Below, in pieces: positions 15,916 to 26,886 of a stretch of 64,000 nucleotides of DNA (position 1 is the stretch's first letter; the number at the start of each line of letters is the position of its first letter). The stretch is from an uncultured virus (IMG/VR IMGVR_UViG_3300014160_000002) (taxonomy: Duplodnaviria > Heunggongvirae > Uroviricota > Caudoviricetes), in the IMG/VR virus record IMGVR_UViG_3300014160_000002, positions 1-64,000 of that record. The stretch is one strand, 5' to 3'. Position numbers and translations under genes: made by a program. The notes under the pieces were generated by a model. That model saw only the letters and a list, made by a program, of their open reading frames with translations. It ran no database searches and was not told the origin of the DNA.

Positions 15916-17511
15916 CTAAAGTGTATCAGCCATCTCGGAATCAATGTTTCTTACCTCCTGAATCACCTGCTTCAACTCCGTGGTCAGGGGGCGTTGTTCT
16001 GAGGCGGCAGCACCCTTACGGACGAATGCACCTGTCCAAGGAGATATTACCGCAATTTGCGCCAAAGGTTGTGCTCCGACACGCTTTTTTACGCATCCAA
16101 TTTCAATTTCGTTGCGTTCCGGTGCCTTCATTTCGATGTCCGACCATACCGTGAGGATGACATCCATGTCATCTTTCAGTTCGGAAAAAGTGCGGATAGC
16201 ATCCAGTGTGTAGTGCCCGATTCCCTCTTTGAAGTCCCCCTTCATAGCTTCCTTGTAGGACTCCTTGGTAATTTGCACGGGACTCATGACGATGATGCCC
16301 CGGCTCTCGTCAAACTGGCGGGTGAACTTCTGGATGCGGTGAATGAGTTCCTTCATCCCTTGGTCTTTCCACCGGGGGTCACCGGGAATCTCCAGCCGGG
16401 TGATGTAGTCCAAAAGCAGGAAGTCATAGTGGTTCTTACTGTGATAGAGCTTGAGCCAGTCTTCAATGGAATCCCAGTCACGATTGGGGAACTCTTTGAC
16501 TTCGAGCTTGCCCGGCAGGTTCCTTCCATTTTCGATGTCGAAGCAGATGTCCTGCATGTGCCGGATGTGTTCCGAAGTGACGTTCCGGTTTTCCCACTCT
16601 TTGGTGGGAGGGAGGACAAGCTCACCATAGTCCGGGTGAGAGGAATGCAAGTAAGTCATCACGTCCCAAATTCGCTTGGACGTGTGCTCAGTGGAAACAT
16701 ATAGACCGTTGAATCCTTGGCGTAACCAGTTGTAGACTATGTAGTTGGCAAGTGTGGTTTTGCCATCATTTGCCTGCCCGACGATGCCGATGAAGCGGTT
16801 GTCTGTCTGCTTGCCAATGACCACGCACTTGTCAACGTTGTCCAGACCAAGCAGCATCCGACCGTTTTCATTCTGCTCGTTCATCAGGTTGGCAAAACCC
16901 TCCCGGACTACCTGCATGTTCTGGTGCAGGAATCCATCTACAGGCGGTGTATCGTCGGTGTAGTCTTCCAACCACTTCATGCGCAGCCAACGCATGGCAG
17001 GAGCGGGACCCCGCTCTTCTTTCTTTTCCCCCTTCTCAAACCACTTGAAGGAGTCCATACCGTTGGCAATTTTGGAGTATTGGTTAGCAGCGACAGAGTG
17101 CCAAGCTCCTCGGACCTTGGAGAAGGCATTCTCCAGAACCATGAGGGATTCCAGCCCCCGGACAGATTCCGTGGGGGGATTCCATGTGGTCAAGGTATCA
17201 AGCTGTTGCAGGGTTTCCGTGGTTTCATCTTTTTCACCATCCTCACCCCCACGAGAGAACTCCTTGATGTGGTCGGGGTTGGTGACGATGTACCCCTTAA
17301 CGTCCTGCGGACCCACGGGCAGGCGTTTGAAGCGGGTGATGTATTTCCATATAGCCTTCATGGTTCTGCTGGTAACCACTTCATCGCTATCTGGCATGTA
17401 GTCGATGGTGAAGGAGTACTTGATGGTCCACATCAATTTCTTCTTGTTTTGTAGGACAAATGGGTACAAATCCTGCGTGCAAAGACGCCGGGCAAGCTCA
17501 GTAAGATACAT
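15916..17511 (-). CDS. dnaB: DnaB-like (SF4) replicative helicase
   Basis: Walker A GQANDGKT, YVSTE, Walker B LLLDYI, SPVQ, DDMDVIL, KKR. Confidence 0.85.
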   Translation of the reverse strand: MYLTELARRLCTQDLYPFVLQNKKKLMWTIKYSFTIDYMPDSDEVVTSRTMKAIWKYITRFKRLPVGPQDVKGYIVTNPDHIKEFSRGGEDGEKDETTETLQQLDTLTTWNPPTESVRGLESLMVLENAFSKVRGAWHSVAANQYSKIANGMDSFKWFEKGEKKEERGPAPAMRWLRMKWLEDYTDDTPPVDGFLHQNMQVVREGFANLMNEQNENGRMLLGLDNVDKCVVIGKQTDNRFIGIVGQANDGKTTLANYIVYNWLRQGFNGLYVSTEHTSKRIWDVMTYLHSSHPDYGELVLPPTKEWENRNVTSEHIRHMQDICFDIENGRNLPGKLEVKEFPNRDWDSIEDWLKLYHSKNHYDFLLLDYITRLEIPGDPRWKDQGMKELIHRIQKFTRQFDESRGIIVMSPVQITKESYKEAMKGDFKEGIGHYTLDAIRTFSELKDDMDVILTVWSDIEMKAPERNEIEIGCVKKRVGAQPLAQIAVISPWTGAFVRKGAAASEQRPLTTELKQVIQEVRNIDSEMADTL

Positions 17512-17612
17512 GGAAACCCTTCTCGGTGGTGTGACTGCTGATTTTCATTGCGTATATTCTAAATACCATTTCGATAGTGATTCTACGAAAGATGGCTTCA
17601 TAGGCCGTTCAT

Positions 17613-18113
17613 ATGGGCAAGCAAACCGACACCCCGGACCTCGTGAACGTGGAACTACTGCACTACAAGTTTCAGTTCAAAAAACTCACATGGAGGGAAG
17701 AAATGGCTATCCATGTTGACAAGGACAAAGACCCCCTCCGGGATATACTGTCCTACGCCTTGGTGCAAGTGTCGGGTTTACTCCCCGTTTCCATAGAAGA
17801 ATCCAAAAAGGTGATAGCGGCCATTCCAGAGCCTATCATGACCCGAGTTTGGAAGGTCTACAGAGGGTTGTTACCACCCGCCAAGAAGTTTTCCACCATA
17901 GACTTATATCAGGCCCCCAAACCCTCCGCTTTTATGGGTAAGGTGATGGAGGACGACAACAAGGAAGAGAGCACCCATGATAAGATGGTCCGAGAGATGG
18001 AGGCCCGCTTTGGTAAGGCAGAGGTAGCTGATGAAGCGGAGTTGAGTCGGAGACTGCTGGAACAGGCCCGTAAAGAAAGACGGATATTTGAAAAGGCTAC
18101 ACCCGATGGCTAA
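17613..18113 (+). CDS. Hypothetical protein (tail module)
   Basis: 166 aa; first gene of the plus-strand block. Confidence 0.7.
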   Translation: MGKQTDTPDLVNVELLHYKFQFKKLTWREEMAIHVDKDKDPLRDILSYALVQVSGLLPVSIEESKKVIAAIPEPIMTRVWKVYRGLLPPAKKFSTIDLYQAPKPSAFMGKVMEDDNKEESTHDKMVREMEARFGKAEVADEAELSRRLLEQARKERRIFEKATPDG

Positions 18114-19254
18114 AGAAGACATATCGGCTGCGGTTTTGGGAACCTCTCCCGCTGGTAGGTGGTTGGGCGGTGGTAGGGATACAGGCGGGGGTAAGACTAC
18201 CTTGGGGGTGGAGCTTGCTAAGAAGTTGGGTGAGGGTATCATCAACCGGGCACCCACTCAATATGTGCAAGAGGTACGGGATAAAATCACGGAAGCCTGC
18301 GGGGAGCTTATCAGTGTGGGAGCAAGGATACGTCCCCTGATGATTGACGGCAAGCAGTGCGGGTGGGTCCGGGGATTTCACGATACGGAGAAGAACCTCC
18401 TCAAGCGATGGGTGCCTGACCAGCTTGAGTTCGTGTCCCAATGCCTCCTTCTCAGCACCACTCTCACCGAGGAGGAGCTAGATTCCCTGTCCTCGATAGA
18501 GATACACCGGCTGGTAAAGCTCGTTACAGCGATGAGCGACCGGGACGCTTCCCTGTTTCCCTATTTGTCGGCATTCTCCACTACGAGAACTTCCGAGATG
18601 CTTTGGCATGGGCACGATAATGCCTTATTCTCTGATAATCGTTCCATACTTATGCCGAATGGGAGGACGATGCGGATTATGTCGCCGTCCAATCACACCC
18701 GGCTTTGGTCAACACTGTGCGTTTACAGGGAGCAGGCTAAAAAGCGTTTGGATGAGTCTTGGAACGCTGTCATGATTATGCGCCCATGGACGGGAAAGTC
18801 TGCGGATGGGCTAGTAGGAGAGCTTAAGGAGGCCACAAAGCGAATGCGGGTGGATGCTTTGGAGCCATGGGAGGTAGTTGTGGAAACACCGGCTGATAAA
18901 GTTCTTGATGATGGGTGGGCACACCTTGAAAACATGGAAACGAAAGAAGGCATGATTAAGGAACTCCATGGGATGCTATCCAACGACCGGCACGAGCAGT
19001 TGATGACGAGGTTTGAACATCAGCAAATGGAAGCCGCCGAGCGCCGAAAGCGGGAGATAGAGGGCCTGATTTCCAAGCGGGGAGGAATTGGGATAACCAG
19101 TGAGACCATCAGGATTGAGACAGAGGAACAGGTCATCAAACGGGAGAGAGACCTTATGATGGGTAGGGTGACCCCGGCCCCCGCCAACAGGGAGAAGTCC
19201 GACCCCTCTCCCATGGATGTTCGAGAGCGGATAAGGAAGTATCAGGAAAGCTGA
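18106..19254 (+). CDS. Hypothetical protein, possible tail assembly chaperone
   Basis: Long ORF upstream of the tape measure gene. Confidence 0.65.
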   Translation: MAKEDISAAVLGTSPAGRWLGGGRDTGGGKTTLGVELAKKLGEGIINRAPTQYVQEVRDKITEACGELISVGARIRPLMIDGKQCGWVRGFHDTEKNLLKRWVPDQLEFVSQCLLLSTTLTEEELDSLSSIEIHRLVKLVTAMSDRDASLFPYLSAFSTTRTSEMLWHGHDNALFSDNRSILMPNGRTMRIMSPSNHTRLWSTLCVYREQAKKRLDESWNAVMIMRPWTGKSADGLVGELKEATKRMRVDALEPWEVVVETPADKVLDDGWAHLENMETKEGMIKELHGMLSNDRHEQLMTRFEHQQMEAAERRKREIEGLISKRGGIGITSETIRIETEEQVIKRERDLMMGRVTPAPANREKSDPSPMDVRERIRKYQES

Positions 19255-20039
19255 GCCAATCCCCGAGCGACCATCAATGCTCTCCTGAAATCATCCAGCC
19301 AGAAGGGGTTGTTCCCAAATTTGTAGGAGGCTTCGGCTCGCTTGACTGCGTTTGCCAGCAGTCCCACCCGTTTCTGATTCAGGGATTGATAGGCATCGTC
19401 CGCCGCCTCAAACTTCCTTTCGACCAACCCCTGTCGCATATTTTCGGATATATTGTCAACCTCCAACTTTGTCACATACGCCTCTTCCATCAGGGTCTTG
19501 GCATGGTGTTTGATACCGGCTGCACAGAGGCAATTGCCGAGCACCATCGCTGCCACAGAGGATGAATAGGTATACTCCGGGGGATGACCGGGGAATAAGG
19601 TGTGACCCGTCAATAGGAAGGCTGCAACCAATGCCCACCATAGAACCGACAGGAGGCAGGGGGTGAATTTGTAGGTGTGCCGGATTGCCGTCAAGAGGGA
19701 AACCACTGCCATCATCAAGGCCCCTATGCCCAACATACATTCCGGGCCGACCATGGCTCCGAAGATGGTACAGAACATCAGGGTTGAGGTCCGGGGGGAA
19801 ATCATAATCAGAGGGATGGAGCAGATTGCCATCTGCCAACCCGCAGCAAGCACAGGACTTATTGGTTGTCCGGTGATGAACAGATAGACGGGGACCGTCA
19901 AGAGGACCAAGAAGAAGAATATGAACATGAGGCTTGCTTCTATAGCATTGATTACAAGCCTGATGGGTGTCAGTAAGGCATGTAGAGTGCGGGAATCCGC
20001 CTGTTGAAGTTCAATGGCCGTTTGCATATACCCCTCCAC
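19242..20039 (-). CDS. Multi-pass membrane protein
   Basis: Several hydrophobic segments; GGTATACT promoter-like box upstream. Confidence 0.7.
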   Translation of the reverse strand: MEGYMQTAIELQQADSRTLHALLTPIRLVINAIEASLMFIFFFLVLLTVPVYLFITGQPISPVLAAGWQMAICSIPLIMISPRTSTLMFCTIFGAMVGPECMLGIGALMMAVVSLLTAIRHTYKFTPCLLSVLWWALVAAFLLTGHTLFPGHPPEYTYSSSVAAMVLGNCLCAAGIKHHAKTLMEEAYVTKLEVDNISENMRQGLVERKFEAADDAYQSLNQKRVGLLANAVKRAEASYKFGNNPFWLDDFRRALMVARGLAQLS

Positions 20040-20136
20040 TTCTAGTATACCTCAAACTCACGCCGTTTGGGGAGATTTTTTAATGACTGGTGATTTTTAC
20101 ATATTCGACTTTTCTCCTAACTATCAGGGAGGAACT

Positions 20137-20739
20137 ATGGAAGATACAGTGAAGTCAGCCGGACCCACCCCCAAGACCCTCGAAGACGTAATAGCGGGCC
20201 TCCGGGGATTCGGGATTGAAGAGAATATGGAGATTGTCACGTTTCGGTCTCCCAAAGGAGAAGAAGTGCATCTCCGCCTCGTCAACCTCCCGGTTGATGC
20301 CGAGGTAAAGGCTATCATCGCCTGCGAAGAACTTAAGGGGTACGCTTGGGTGCAGAACCTTCGAGTGGAGATATTGTCCCGCTCCATCTGCTGGATTGAT
20401 GGACATGACCTGCTGACCCTGACCCCCGAGCAACGCATCGTCAAGGACCCCACGGACGGAAAACAGAAGGACATTCAGGTGGTGTTGCGGAACATCATCC
20501 GGGATAGTTGGGGACGGGAGATTACCTCCACCCTGTGGAAGATTCTGATGGTGCATTCTGACAAGATTGAGAAGCGGCTGCAAGGAGAGTTTCCCGACTC
20601 CATGATTATGACCGATGTGGAGCGCCGGTTCACTGAGTCGGTAATGCGGGAAATCGAGGCATCCAACAACGTGGTAATCGCCGACACCATTGAAAAGGTC
20701 TTTTCGGATAACGAACCGCAAGAAGAGAAAAAGGCGTAA
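20137..20739 (+). CDS. Putative tail assembly chaperone
   Basis: GGAGG SD; immediately precedes the tape measure gene. Confidence 0.6.
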   Translation: MEDTVKSAGPTPKTLEDVIAGLRGFGIEENMEIVTFRSPKGEEVHLRLVNLPVDAEVKAIIACEELKGYAWVQNLRVEILSRSICWIDGHDLLTLTPEQRIVKDPTDGKQKDIQVVLRNIIRDSWGREITSTLWKILMVHSDKIEKRLQGEFPDSMIMTDVERRFTESVMREIEASNNVVIADTIEKVFSDNEPQEEKKA

Positions 20740-20743
20740 TTGA

Positions 20744-23700
20744 ATGGCTACACCGCCCAACCTAGACCATCTCGTTGATACCCTCAACAAAGTGGATACC
20801 ATCCTGTCCGCTACCATGACTATGATGGCGGAGAAGGGTAAGAATTTGGAAACGGTGTTTGACACCATCGGTGAACGAGTCAAAGCGATGGAGGATGACG
20901 CAAAGAAGTTTGCTGATGGGGTAGAGGGAATCAAGGAGCGGGTCCGGGCGGTTAACGAACTTTTCAAGGATATCAGCAAAAACATGAAGACCTTTAGGAC
21001 CGCTGAGGATGCCGAAAAGCATCTGAGCCGGGTCAAGAAGATGGCGGAAGATATCCTCGCCAGCAATAAGGCCACGGTTTTCGAGCAGATATATTTCACC
21101 CGAGTGGTTAAAGAGGCTACAGACGCCCTCAAGAAACTCAATCAACTGGAGAGGTCCCAAAGGGATGACCTCCAGAAGAACGCCGAGCTTGTAGAGAGAA
21201 TGGCAAGGGGGATGGAGGGCGTATACAACTGGGCGGAGAAGGCGGGCAAGAGCGTCAAGGGCTTTACCGTGGGTCCAGTCTTGAAGTCCGTCATGGACAT
21301 CAACCGGATGCTGGGGCGTTCCGGTAGAGTGGAACAGTTTACCCGGATGGCTCAAGACGCCTATGATACCAAGCAAATTCTTAAGGAGCGGCAGGGCATA
21401 AACAAAGAGGAGTTTATGCAGAGGAAAGCCGCCCTCATCAAGCAGTTTCAAACCACAGGACAGACACAATTTCTTACCCCCGAGGGAGACTTGGATGTCA
21501 AGGCCCTCAGTAAGTCTCGTATCGGTCGGAAGCAAGCAGCCAGCGCTCTATCAGGCCCCAATGCCGGGGTGCTTGACCGGGCCTTACTCAACACTGGGCT
21601 TAAACTGGGGGGATTGGACCTCGGTGAAGAAGGTATGCTCGCTAAGGGAGGTGGTTCTCTCTTGGAGGCCGGGGGTGCAACGGCTGTAGAGGGTGCCGCT
21701 ACCGGGATGGAGGCGTTTGCAGGTCCAATAGGGGTCGCTGTCGCCGCCGCTGATATGGTCCGGGGCGTATTCGATGGGGTAATCAAACAGAATCAGGAGA
21801 TTGAAAAGAAGTTCGGCAGGAGCGGAATCTTCCTCAATAAGGGGGTATCTCCCCTACAAGCTTTTGCTAATATTAAGAAGAACATGTCAGCCTTTGGAGT
21901 CAACACCCTTGGCATCACCAGCGAGCGTCAGTTTGGGATTGCTCAAGCCATGGCGGAAAGCGGCGTCAACGTGGGGCAGATGGCGACCGCAGGAGGACTC
22001 AAGGGGACGGGGGCGGGCCGAGTATCGGATATAGTGTTCAAGCAAGCCCGAGGACTCGGGATGGAAGACACGGAATCCGTCAAACTCAGCATGAAGCTTT
22101 TGCAGCAAATGCATGTCACGCTGGCAAGCACCCAGTCGTTTTTCCAGACTATCGGCAGGGACACCGTGGCCTCCGGTATTGGTATGGAAAAGTACGTCCA
22201 GATAATTGACGAGATTACGGGAAAATTCGACAACATGGCGAAGTCCTTGGAAGACACAACCACGCTCCTGCGTAGACTGGGAGAGGAGGGCACCAACTCT
22301 GCGGAGATGATGAAGGATGCGACCGACTTCCTTGTTGGCGGGCAGAAGTCGCTTGAGCAGAAAGCCTTCCTGTATACGAGGATGCAGCAACAAGGTGGTA
22401 TGGGGGCCTTGACCGGCTCATTGGCATTCTCAGCGAGGTCAGCCGGGAGGGATGTGAAGCAACAGCTTCTTGATGCGATGGAGGAGGTTCTCCCCGCTGC
22501 TGATGACCCCGAGGTGAAGGCAAGTCGGCAGGGATTTGTAGACAGGCTGAACTCTCTTAACTTCTCCAGCGCCGAAGGTGTGGAAGCTGCCGTACAAGCA
22601 TTTGGTGCTTTGAGGAAGACCCGAGCGGCAGGACTCAGCAGTAGCAAAATTGGTATGCTGGAAGCAAGGGCTTTGGGGGCGATAACCCTAGCACAGGCTT
22701 CAAGGGGTAATGCCGTAAACTTCGCTGCCATGAGTGAATTCGTGGAGCCGGGTTCGCCACAAGCCTTGGCACTTCAAATGGCAGCCTTGGGTTCGGGAGC
22801 ACAGTACGCCGGATTGGGAGGAAAGAAGGGGGATGCCTTGGGTGACCTTATTGCTCACCCGGAGAAGTTGGCAAAGGGTGTCTCTGCGGCGGTCTTGCAT
22901 ATGGGCGGCGGTACCATCGGGTTGACTGACCAGAAGAAGATGTTTCAAGGAATCACCGCCATGGGAGAAGCCTCCGATAGTTTGGTTAACCAACTTTTTG
23001 AAGGACTCCATCTCACTGACCAGCAGAAACATGAACGTCAAGGTGAGCTTAATCATCTCTATGACACGGTATCGGATGTAGCCGAGCAAGCGGGGCTTAT
23101 GAAGACCGTTAAGGGAGAGACCCCCGAAGATAGGAGACAGCGACTCCAGAAAGAGGTTTTATCCGACAGAACGAAACAGAATGATTTGGCTACGGCTTTC
23201 AGGGAAACCAGTGGCAAGCACTTGGACATCCTCACCGGAACGCTGGACAAGAGCAGCGTTGAGAACCTCTCCTTGTTGAACGACAACAAAGAGACCATGG
23301 ATGAGATGGTCAAGCGCACCGAGGGTGTGGTAGCCAACACCAGAACTACCAACGATTACCTGTCTGGCATAACCGATGCCTTGAAACTCAAGGGGGCGGG
23401 ACTCCTTGGTACATTGGTGGATGAGTTTGAAAAGGTTAACGCCGGTATTCTCAATAAGATAAAAGGACCCACCGATATCAATGCTCCGCTCTCTGGCTCC
23501 GACTGGACAAAGTTTGGGGATTTGATGCTGGGGACCCACGGCAGAGGAAGAGCCGGTGGACCGGGTGGGGATATTGAGAAACTGATGGCGGCTCGTGAAG
23601 CCTTGAAGCGGAAGATAGCCGGGCAGGAAGCGGGTCTCGTTACAGATTTTACAGCAGAGGGGTATCAATCCTCTCATGATGCCTTGGATGAATCCAAGAA

Positions 23701-24130
23701 ACAGTTGGCGGAGCTAAACACCACCATTAGTGAAGGAACTGATGCTTGGAATGATGCTTCTGCCGCTGTCCAGAAGTATGGTCAAACGGGAGCCGTTCCC
23801 ACCTCAGTTGCCAATAGAACGATGGGCAAATTGGCGGCGGTTGGAGACTTGGCGGGCAGTGACGCCATCAACAGTCTCCTTCGGGATAAGAGCCTCACCA
23901 CTCCGCCTAAAGCCCCCACCGTGGAATCAGGAGCCGTAGCGACCAGCCCCGCTGCTGAGGAGACCGGAGAGAAGGCCGATGAGGGCAAGGGGGCAAAGAC
24001 AGAGACCCCCGTGGGAGGTGGGGATGAGTATAATAGCTACTATGGCCTGAACTATCAAAGCGTTCCCACTTCAAATAGTATGACTTATGGCAATGAGGGC
24101 GTCCCCGCTAGCTTGCCGGGTGGGAGGTAA
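20744..24130 (+). CDS. Tail tape measure protein
   Basis: 1128 aa, helical, Ala/Gly/Lys/Met-rich; lies before the transglycosylase and baseplate genes. Confidence 0.75.
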   Translation: MATPPNLDHLVDTLNKVDTILSATMTMMAEKGKNLETVFDTIGERVKAMEDDAKKFADGVEGIKERVRAVNELFKDISKNMKTFRTAEDAEKHLSRVKKMAEDILASNKATVFEQIYFTRVVKEATDALKKLNQLERSQRDDLQKNAELVERMARGMEGVYNWAEKAGKSVKGFTVGPVLKSVMDINRMLGRSGRVEQFTRMAQDAYDTKQILKERQGINKEEFMQRKAALIKQFQTTGQTQFLTPEGDLDVKALSKSRIGRKQAASALSGPNAGVLDRALLNTGLKLGGLDLGEEGMLAKGGGSLLEAGGATAVEGAATGMEAFAGPIGVAVAAADMVRGVFDGVIKQNQEIEKKFGRSGIFLNKGVSPLQAFANIKKNMSAFGVNTLGITSERQFGIAQAMAESGVNVGQMATAGGLKGTGAGRVSDIVFKQARGLGMEDTESVKLSMKLLQQMHVTLASTQSFFQTIGRDTVASGIGMEKYVQIIDEITGKFDNMAKSLEDTTTLLRRLGEEGTNSAEMMKDATDFLVGGQKSLEQKAFLYTRMQQQGGMGALTGSLAFSARSAGRDVKQQLLDAMEEVLPAADDPEVKASRQGFVDRLNSLNFSSAEGVEAAVQAFGALRKTRAAGLSSSKIGMLEARALGAITLAQASRGNAVNFAAMSEFVEPGSPQALALQMAALGSGAQYAGLGGKKGDALGDLIAHPEKLAKGVSAAVLHMGGGTIGLTDQKKMFQGITAMGEASDSLVNQLFEGLHLTDQQKHERQGELNHLYDTVSDVAEQAGLMKTVKGETPEDRRQRLQKEVLSDRTKQNDLATAFRETSGKHLDILTGTLDKSSVENLSLLNDNKETMDEMVKRTEGVVANTRTTNDYLSGITDALKLKGAGLLGTLVDEFEKVNAGILNKIKGPTDINAPLSGSDWTKFGDLMLGTHGRGRAGGPGGDIEKLMAAREALKRKIAGQEAGLVTDFTAEGYQSSHDALDESKKQLAELNTTISEGTDAWNDASAAVQKYGQTGAVPTSVANRTMGKLAAVGDLAGSDAINSLLRDKSLTTPPKAPTVESGAVATSPAAEETGEKADEGKGAKTETPVGGGDEYNSYYGLNYQSVPTSNSMTYGNEGVPASLPGGR

Positions 24131-24132
24131 TC

Positions 24133-25692
24133 ATGCCAGCAAATGCCACGCTTGTTGATACGAACGGGTATTTGAGTGCGGGTAATCCCCAGAAGGTTCC
24201 CCCCCAGACTCTCCAGAACATTGTCTATACCGCTGTAGACTCTTATAACAAAGCTAATGGCACCAACATTCCTCCTGCGGTCATGCTGTCAATAGTTCAG
24301 AGTGAGTCCAGTGGGGTTCAGAATGCCGTCAACCCCAACGACAAGGATTATGGAGCCAACACTGATTATGGTCTTGCTCAAGTTAATCCCACGCAAAACC
24401 CCAATTTACTGGTAGATGGTAAACACCTTGACCCCAACCAACTGCTTGATAACCCCGACTATAACATCAAGGCCGCTTGTGCGATTTTGAACAACAACAT
24501 AAAAGCAGCCAATGGAAACGTGGCTCTCGGACTTGTTGGATACGCCAGAGGACCTACGGTAATGGCGCAGGCAGCGAGGGGAGATTACACCAATGTTCCA
24601 CAGGGGACCAAGAATGAGATAGCTAAAATTCCTCCCGGTACGCCGGGATATGGCACTGACACTTCCAATGCCGCCTCTACTACTTCCGATGGGGGAAACC
24701 AGACTCCTCTCAACCACCTTGTCTCTCCGTACAACCCTGTCAATTTACAGTCTCCAAGCGTAGACTACACGGCTCTATTCCCGGATGCCATCATCAACAC
24801 CAACCTCAACAACCTTCCGTGGTATAAAGATACTGGACTTATCACCGGTAACCCCAAGGTCAGGAACTCTATCACCCCCGTGATATTCGAGGTGATGTTG
24901 CACGACCGGCAGGATGTGTTTCTTCCCACCTCCCCTGCGGGGGCAACATCTTCACAGAACTATGCTCCATTGCAGGTCCAGCTTAACGCTTCCATGAAGA
25001 CCTTCACGGTAAGTTCCAAGCACGTCACCGTTCCCAAGCGGACCCGGACCGGCTGGCACATCACTATGTGGGGAATGCAAGCGGATGTGATTGAGGGAAA
25101 CTGCACGACCGGTGTCTTCATGAATCAGTTTGGACTCACCGACTTTTTCAGCACAGCGTACCCCAGCCCTGACATCTTGCAGGTCCTTTTATCCGGTCTC
25201 AATCTTACCAATCTCGGAGGAACACTGCTGGAGTCCGCCATATCTCCTACAGGCACCCTGCCAAGCTCCTCAGTTAACAATCTCGTCGCTACCAAGACGG
25301 GGAGCCAGAATACTCAGGATGCCTTCCGTGTAGCCGCACAAGACGCCTTTGTGGAGTTTTTGTATCTGTTCAAGATGAACGGAATAAGGTGGTTCTACAA
25401 CAAGATTAACGAGACGGCTACGGGCACTTCCGGCAAGCTGGGGTCCCGAGACCAAGTGGATATTGATGCATGGTCCCCCGAACTGGGGATAACTGCTACC
25501 CAGCAGAATGGGCGTCTCAATGACGTGATGAGCCGAGGCTCCGTGCTTATGAAGTTTAAGGGAACCACGTACATGGGATACTTTAAGACCCTTAGTTGGC
25601 AGCAAGATGCAGCAAACCCGTTTCAATGGACTTTCAATTTCGTCTTTCAGGTGGAGAAAACTTTAGGGTTCGTTTTCAACCCCAGTGCATAA
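24133..25692 (+). CDS. Tail-associated SLT-family lytic transglycosylase with a structural C-terminal domain
   Basis: IVQSESSG, YGLAQVN, NIKAACAIL, ALGLVGYARG. Confidence 0.82.
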   Translation: MPANATLVDTNGYLSAGNPQKVPPQTLQNIVYTAVDSYNKANGTNIPPAVMLSIVQSESSGVQNAVNPNDKDYGANTDYGLAQVNPTQNPNLLVDGKHLDPNQLLDNPDYNIKAACAILNNNIKAANGNVALGLVGYARGPTVMAQAARGDYTNVPQGTKNEIAKIPPGTPGYGTDTSNAASTTSDGGNQTPLNHLVSPYNPVNLQSPSVDYTALFPDAIINTNLNNLPWYKDTGLITGNPKVRNSITPVIFEVMLHDRQDVFLPTSPAGATSSQNYAPLQVQLNASMKTFTVSSKHVTVPKRTRTGWHITMWGMQADVIEGNCTTGVFMNQFGLTDFFSTAYPSPDILQVLLSGLNLTNLGGTLLESAISPTGTLPSSSVNNLVATKTGSQNTQDAFRVAAQDAFVEFLYLFKMNGIRWFYNKINETATGTSGKLGSRDQVDIDAWSPELGITATQQNGRLNDVMSRGSVLMKFKGTTYMGYFKTLSWQQDAANPFQWTFNFVFQVEKTLGFVFNPSA

Positions 25693-25693
25693 T

Positions 25694-26878
25694 ATGGCAG
25701 ACCCAGCAGCAGTAACGACGCCCGCAGTCACACCTCCCGGAACGGCGATAACCACACCCACGGGCGGTTCTATCCCACAGTCTGCCCAAACCAACATCAA
25801 TGATATGAGCGACATATACGCCGCTCGTCCGGCATCCTCGGGGATTCCGTCCCAACTTCTTCCTATTCGGGCGGAGAAGCGTTACATCACCAACAATCCC
25901 ACTCAGAGTATCAAGACCACGGCGGCTAATGCAACTTCGAGTTCCACCAAAGGGGGTAGCAGGCCGGTGGTCCCCGCTACCAAGGACTTTTACACCACCG
26001 CTGCCAAAAGCACGTTTGTAGACTATGTGGTGGTGAGGATTCCTCACCGAGGGTTGGATACCAACGGGCATTTCAGTCCTCAACTGACCGCCGAGTACCG
26101 GTTCCTCATTAACCCCCAGACGGCGACAGTCTCTCGTAATGCCGAAGATGCCCAGACCTTTGCCCGTGGAGGATGGCAGTTCGGTGTGTGGGGAGAAAGC
26201 CTTACGACTATTGCCATGAACGGTCACACCCCCGGTCAGTACTGGACCTACGGCCTGACCGATGGCTTTGCCTATTTCACAGAGTCTTGGCGCAACCTTC
26301 AACAGCTTAACCTGTTCGTGGAGAACAATGGGTATTGGTTTGAGGGAGAGGAATACAACGAGGGTCCTCTCGCCCCCGGCTACACCCGTAGGCGCATCAA
26401 GAAGCACCAAGATGTGCAACTCATCGTGGGAAACTTCATCTGGCTCGGGATGTTTCAGGATTTCAGTTACACCCTTGATGCCGAGCACCCCTACCGGGCG
26501 GTATTCAACTTCACCTTTTTGGCGTGGAAGGAACGGTTCAGGAACACCTCTCCTTACAATGTGGGACTACCTCCTAATAATGTCGAACGAGGGCACTCTT
26601 ATGGAGCGTACTCCAATATCGTTACAGAGCAAAAGCCCAAGGCCCCGGCTGGCACCGCCAATGGGACATCGTTGACATCCGCCCCCGTGACCCAATCTAC
26701 ATCAGCTAGTCCGTCAATCAATCCCAATACACCGGGGAACGCTACTGCCCCCGCTACGAATTCGTTTAAGTTTCTCAATCTTAGTGACACTTCGCTGTTT
26801 CCCGCTAACTCCTATTCCCCAAACTTGGCGAATGGGCTTATACGCAGTTCAGTTTTTAACACGACGGGGAGCGCATAG
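25694..26878 (+). CDS. Tail/baseplate structural protein (tube-initiator-like)
   Basis: FLINPQ...WGE...GMFQDFSYTLDAEHPY; similar pattern in the C-terminus of the previous gene. Confidence 0.6.
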   Translation: MADPAAVTTPAVTPPGTAITTPTGGSIPQSAQTNINDMSDIYAARPASSGIPSQLLPIRAEKRYITNNPTQSIKTTAANATSSSTKGGSRPVVPATKDFYTTAAKSTFVDYVVVRIPHRGLDTNGHFSPQLTAEYRFLINPQTATVSRNAEDAQTFARGGWQFGVWGESLTTIAMNGHTPGQYWTYGLTDGFAYFTESWRNLQQLNLFVENNGYWFEGEEYNEGPLAPGYTRRRIKKHQDVQLIVGNFIWLGMFQDFSYTLDAEHPYRAVFNFTFLAWKERFRNTSPYNVGLPPNNVERGHSYGAYSNIVTEQKPKAPAGTANGTSLTSAPVTQSTSASPSINPNTPGNATAPATNSFKFLNLSDTSLFPANSYSPNLANGLIRSSVFNTTGSA

Positions 26879-26886
26879 GAGGAAAA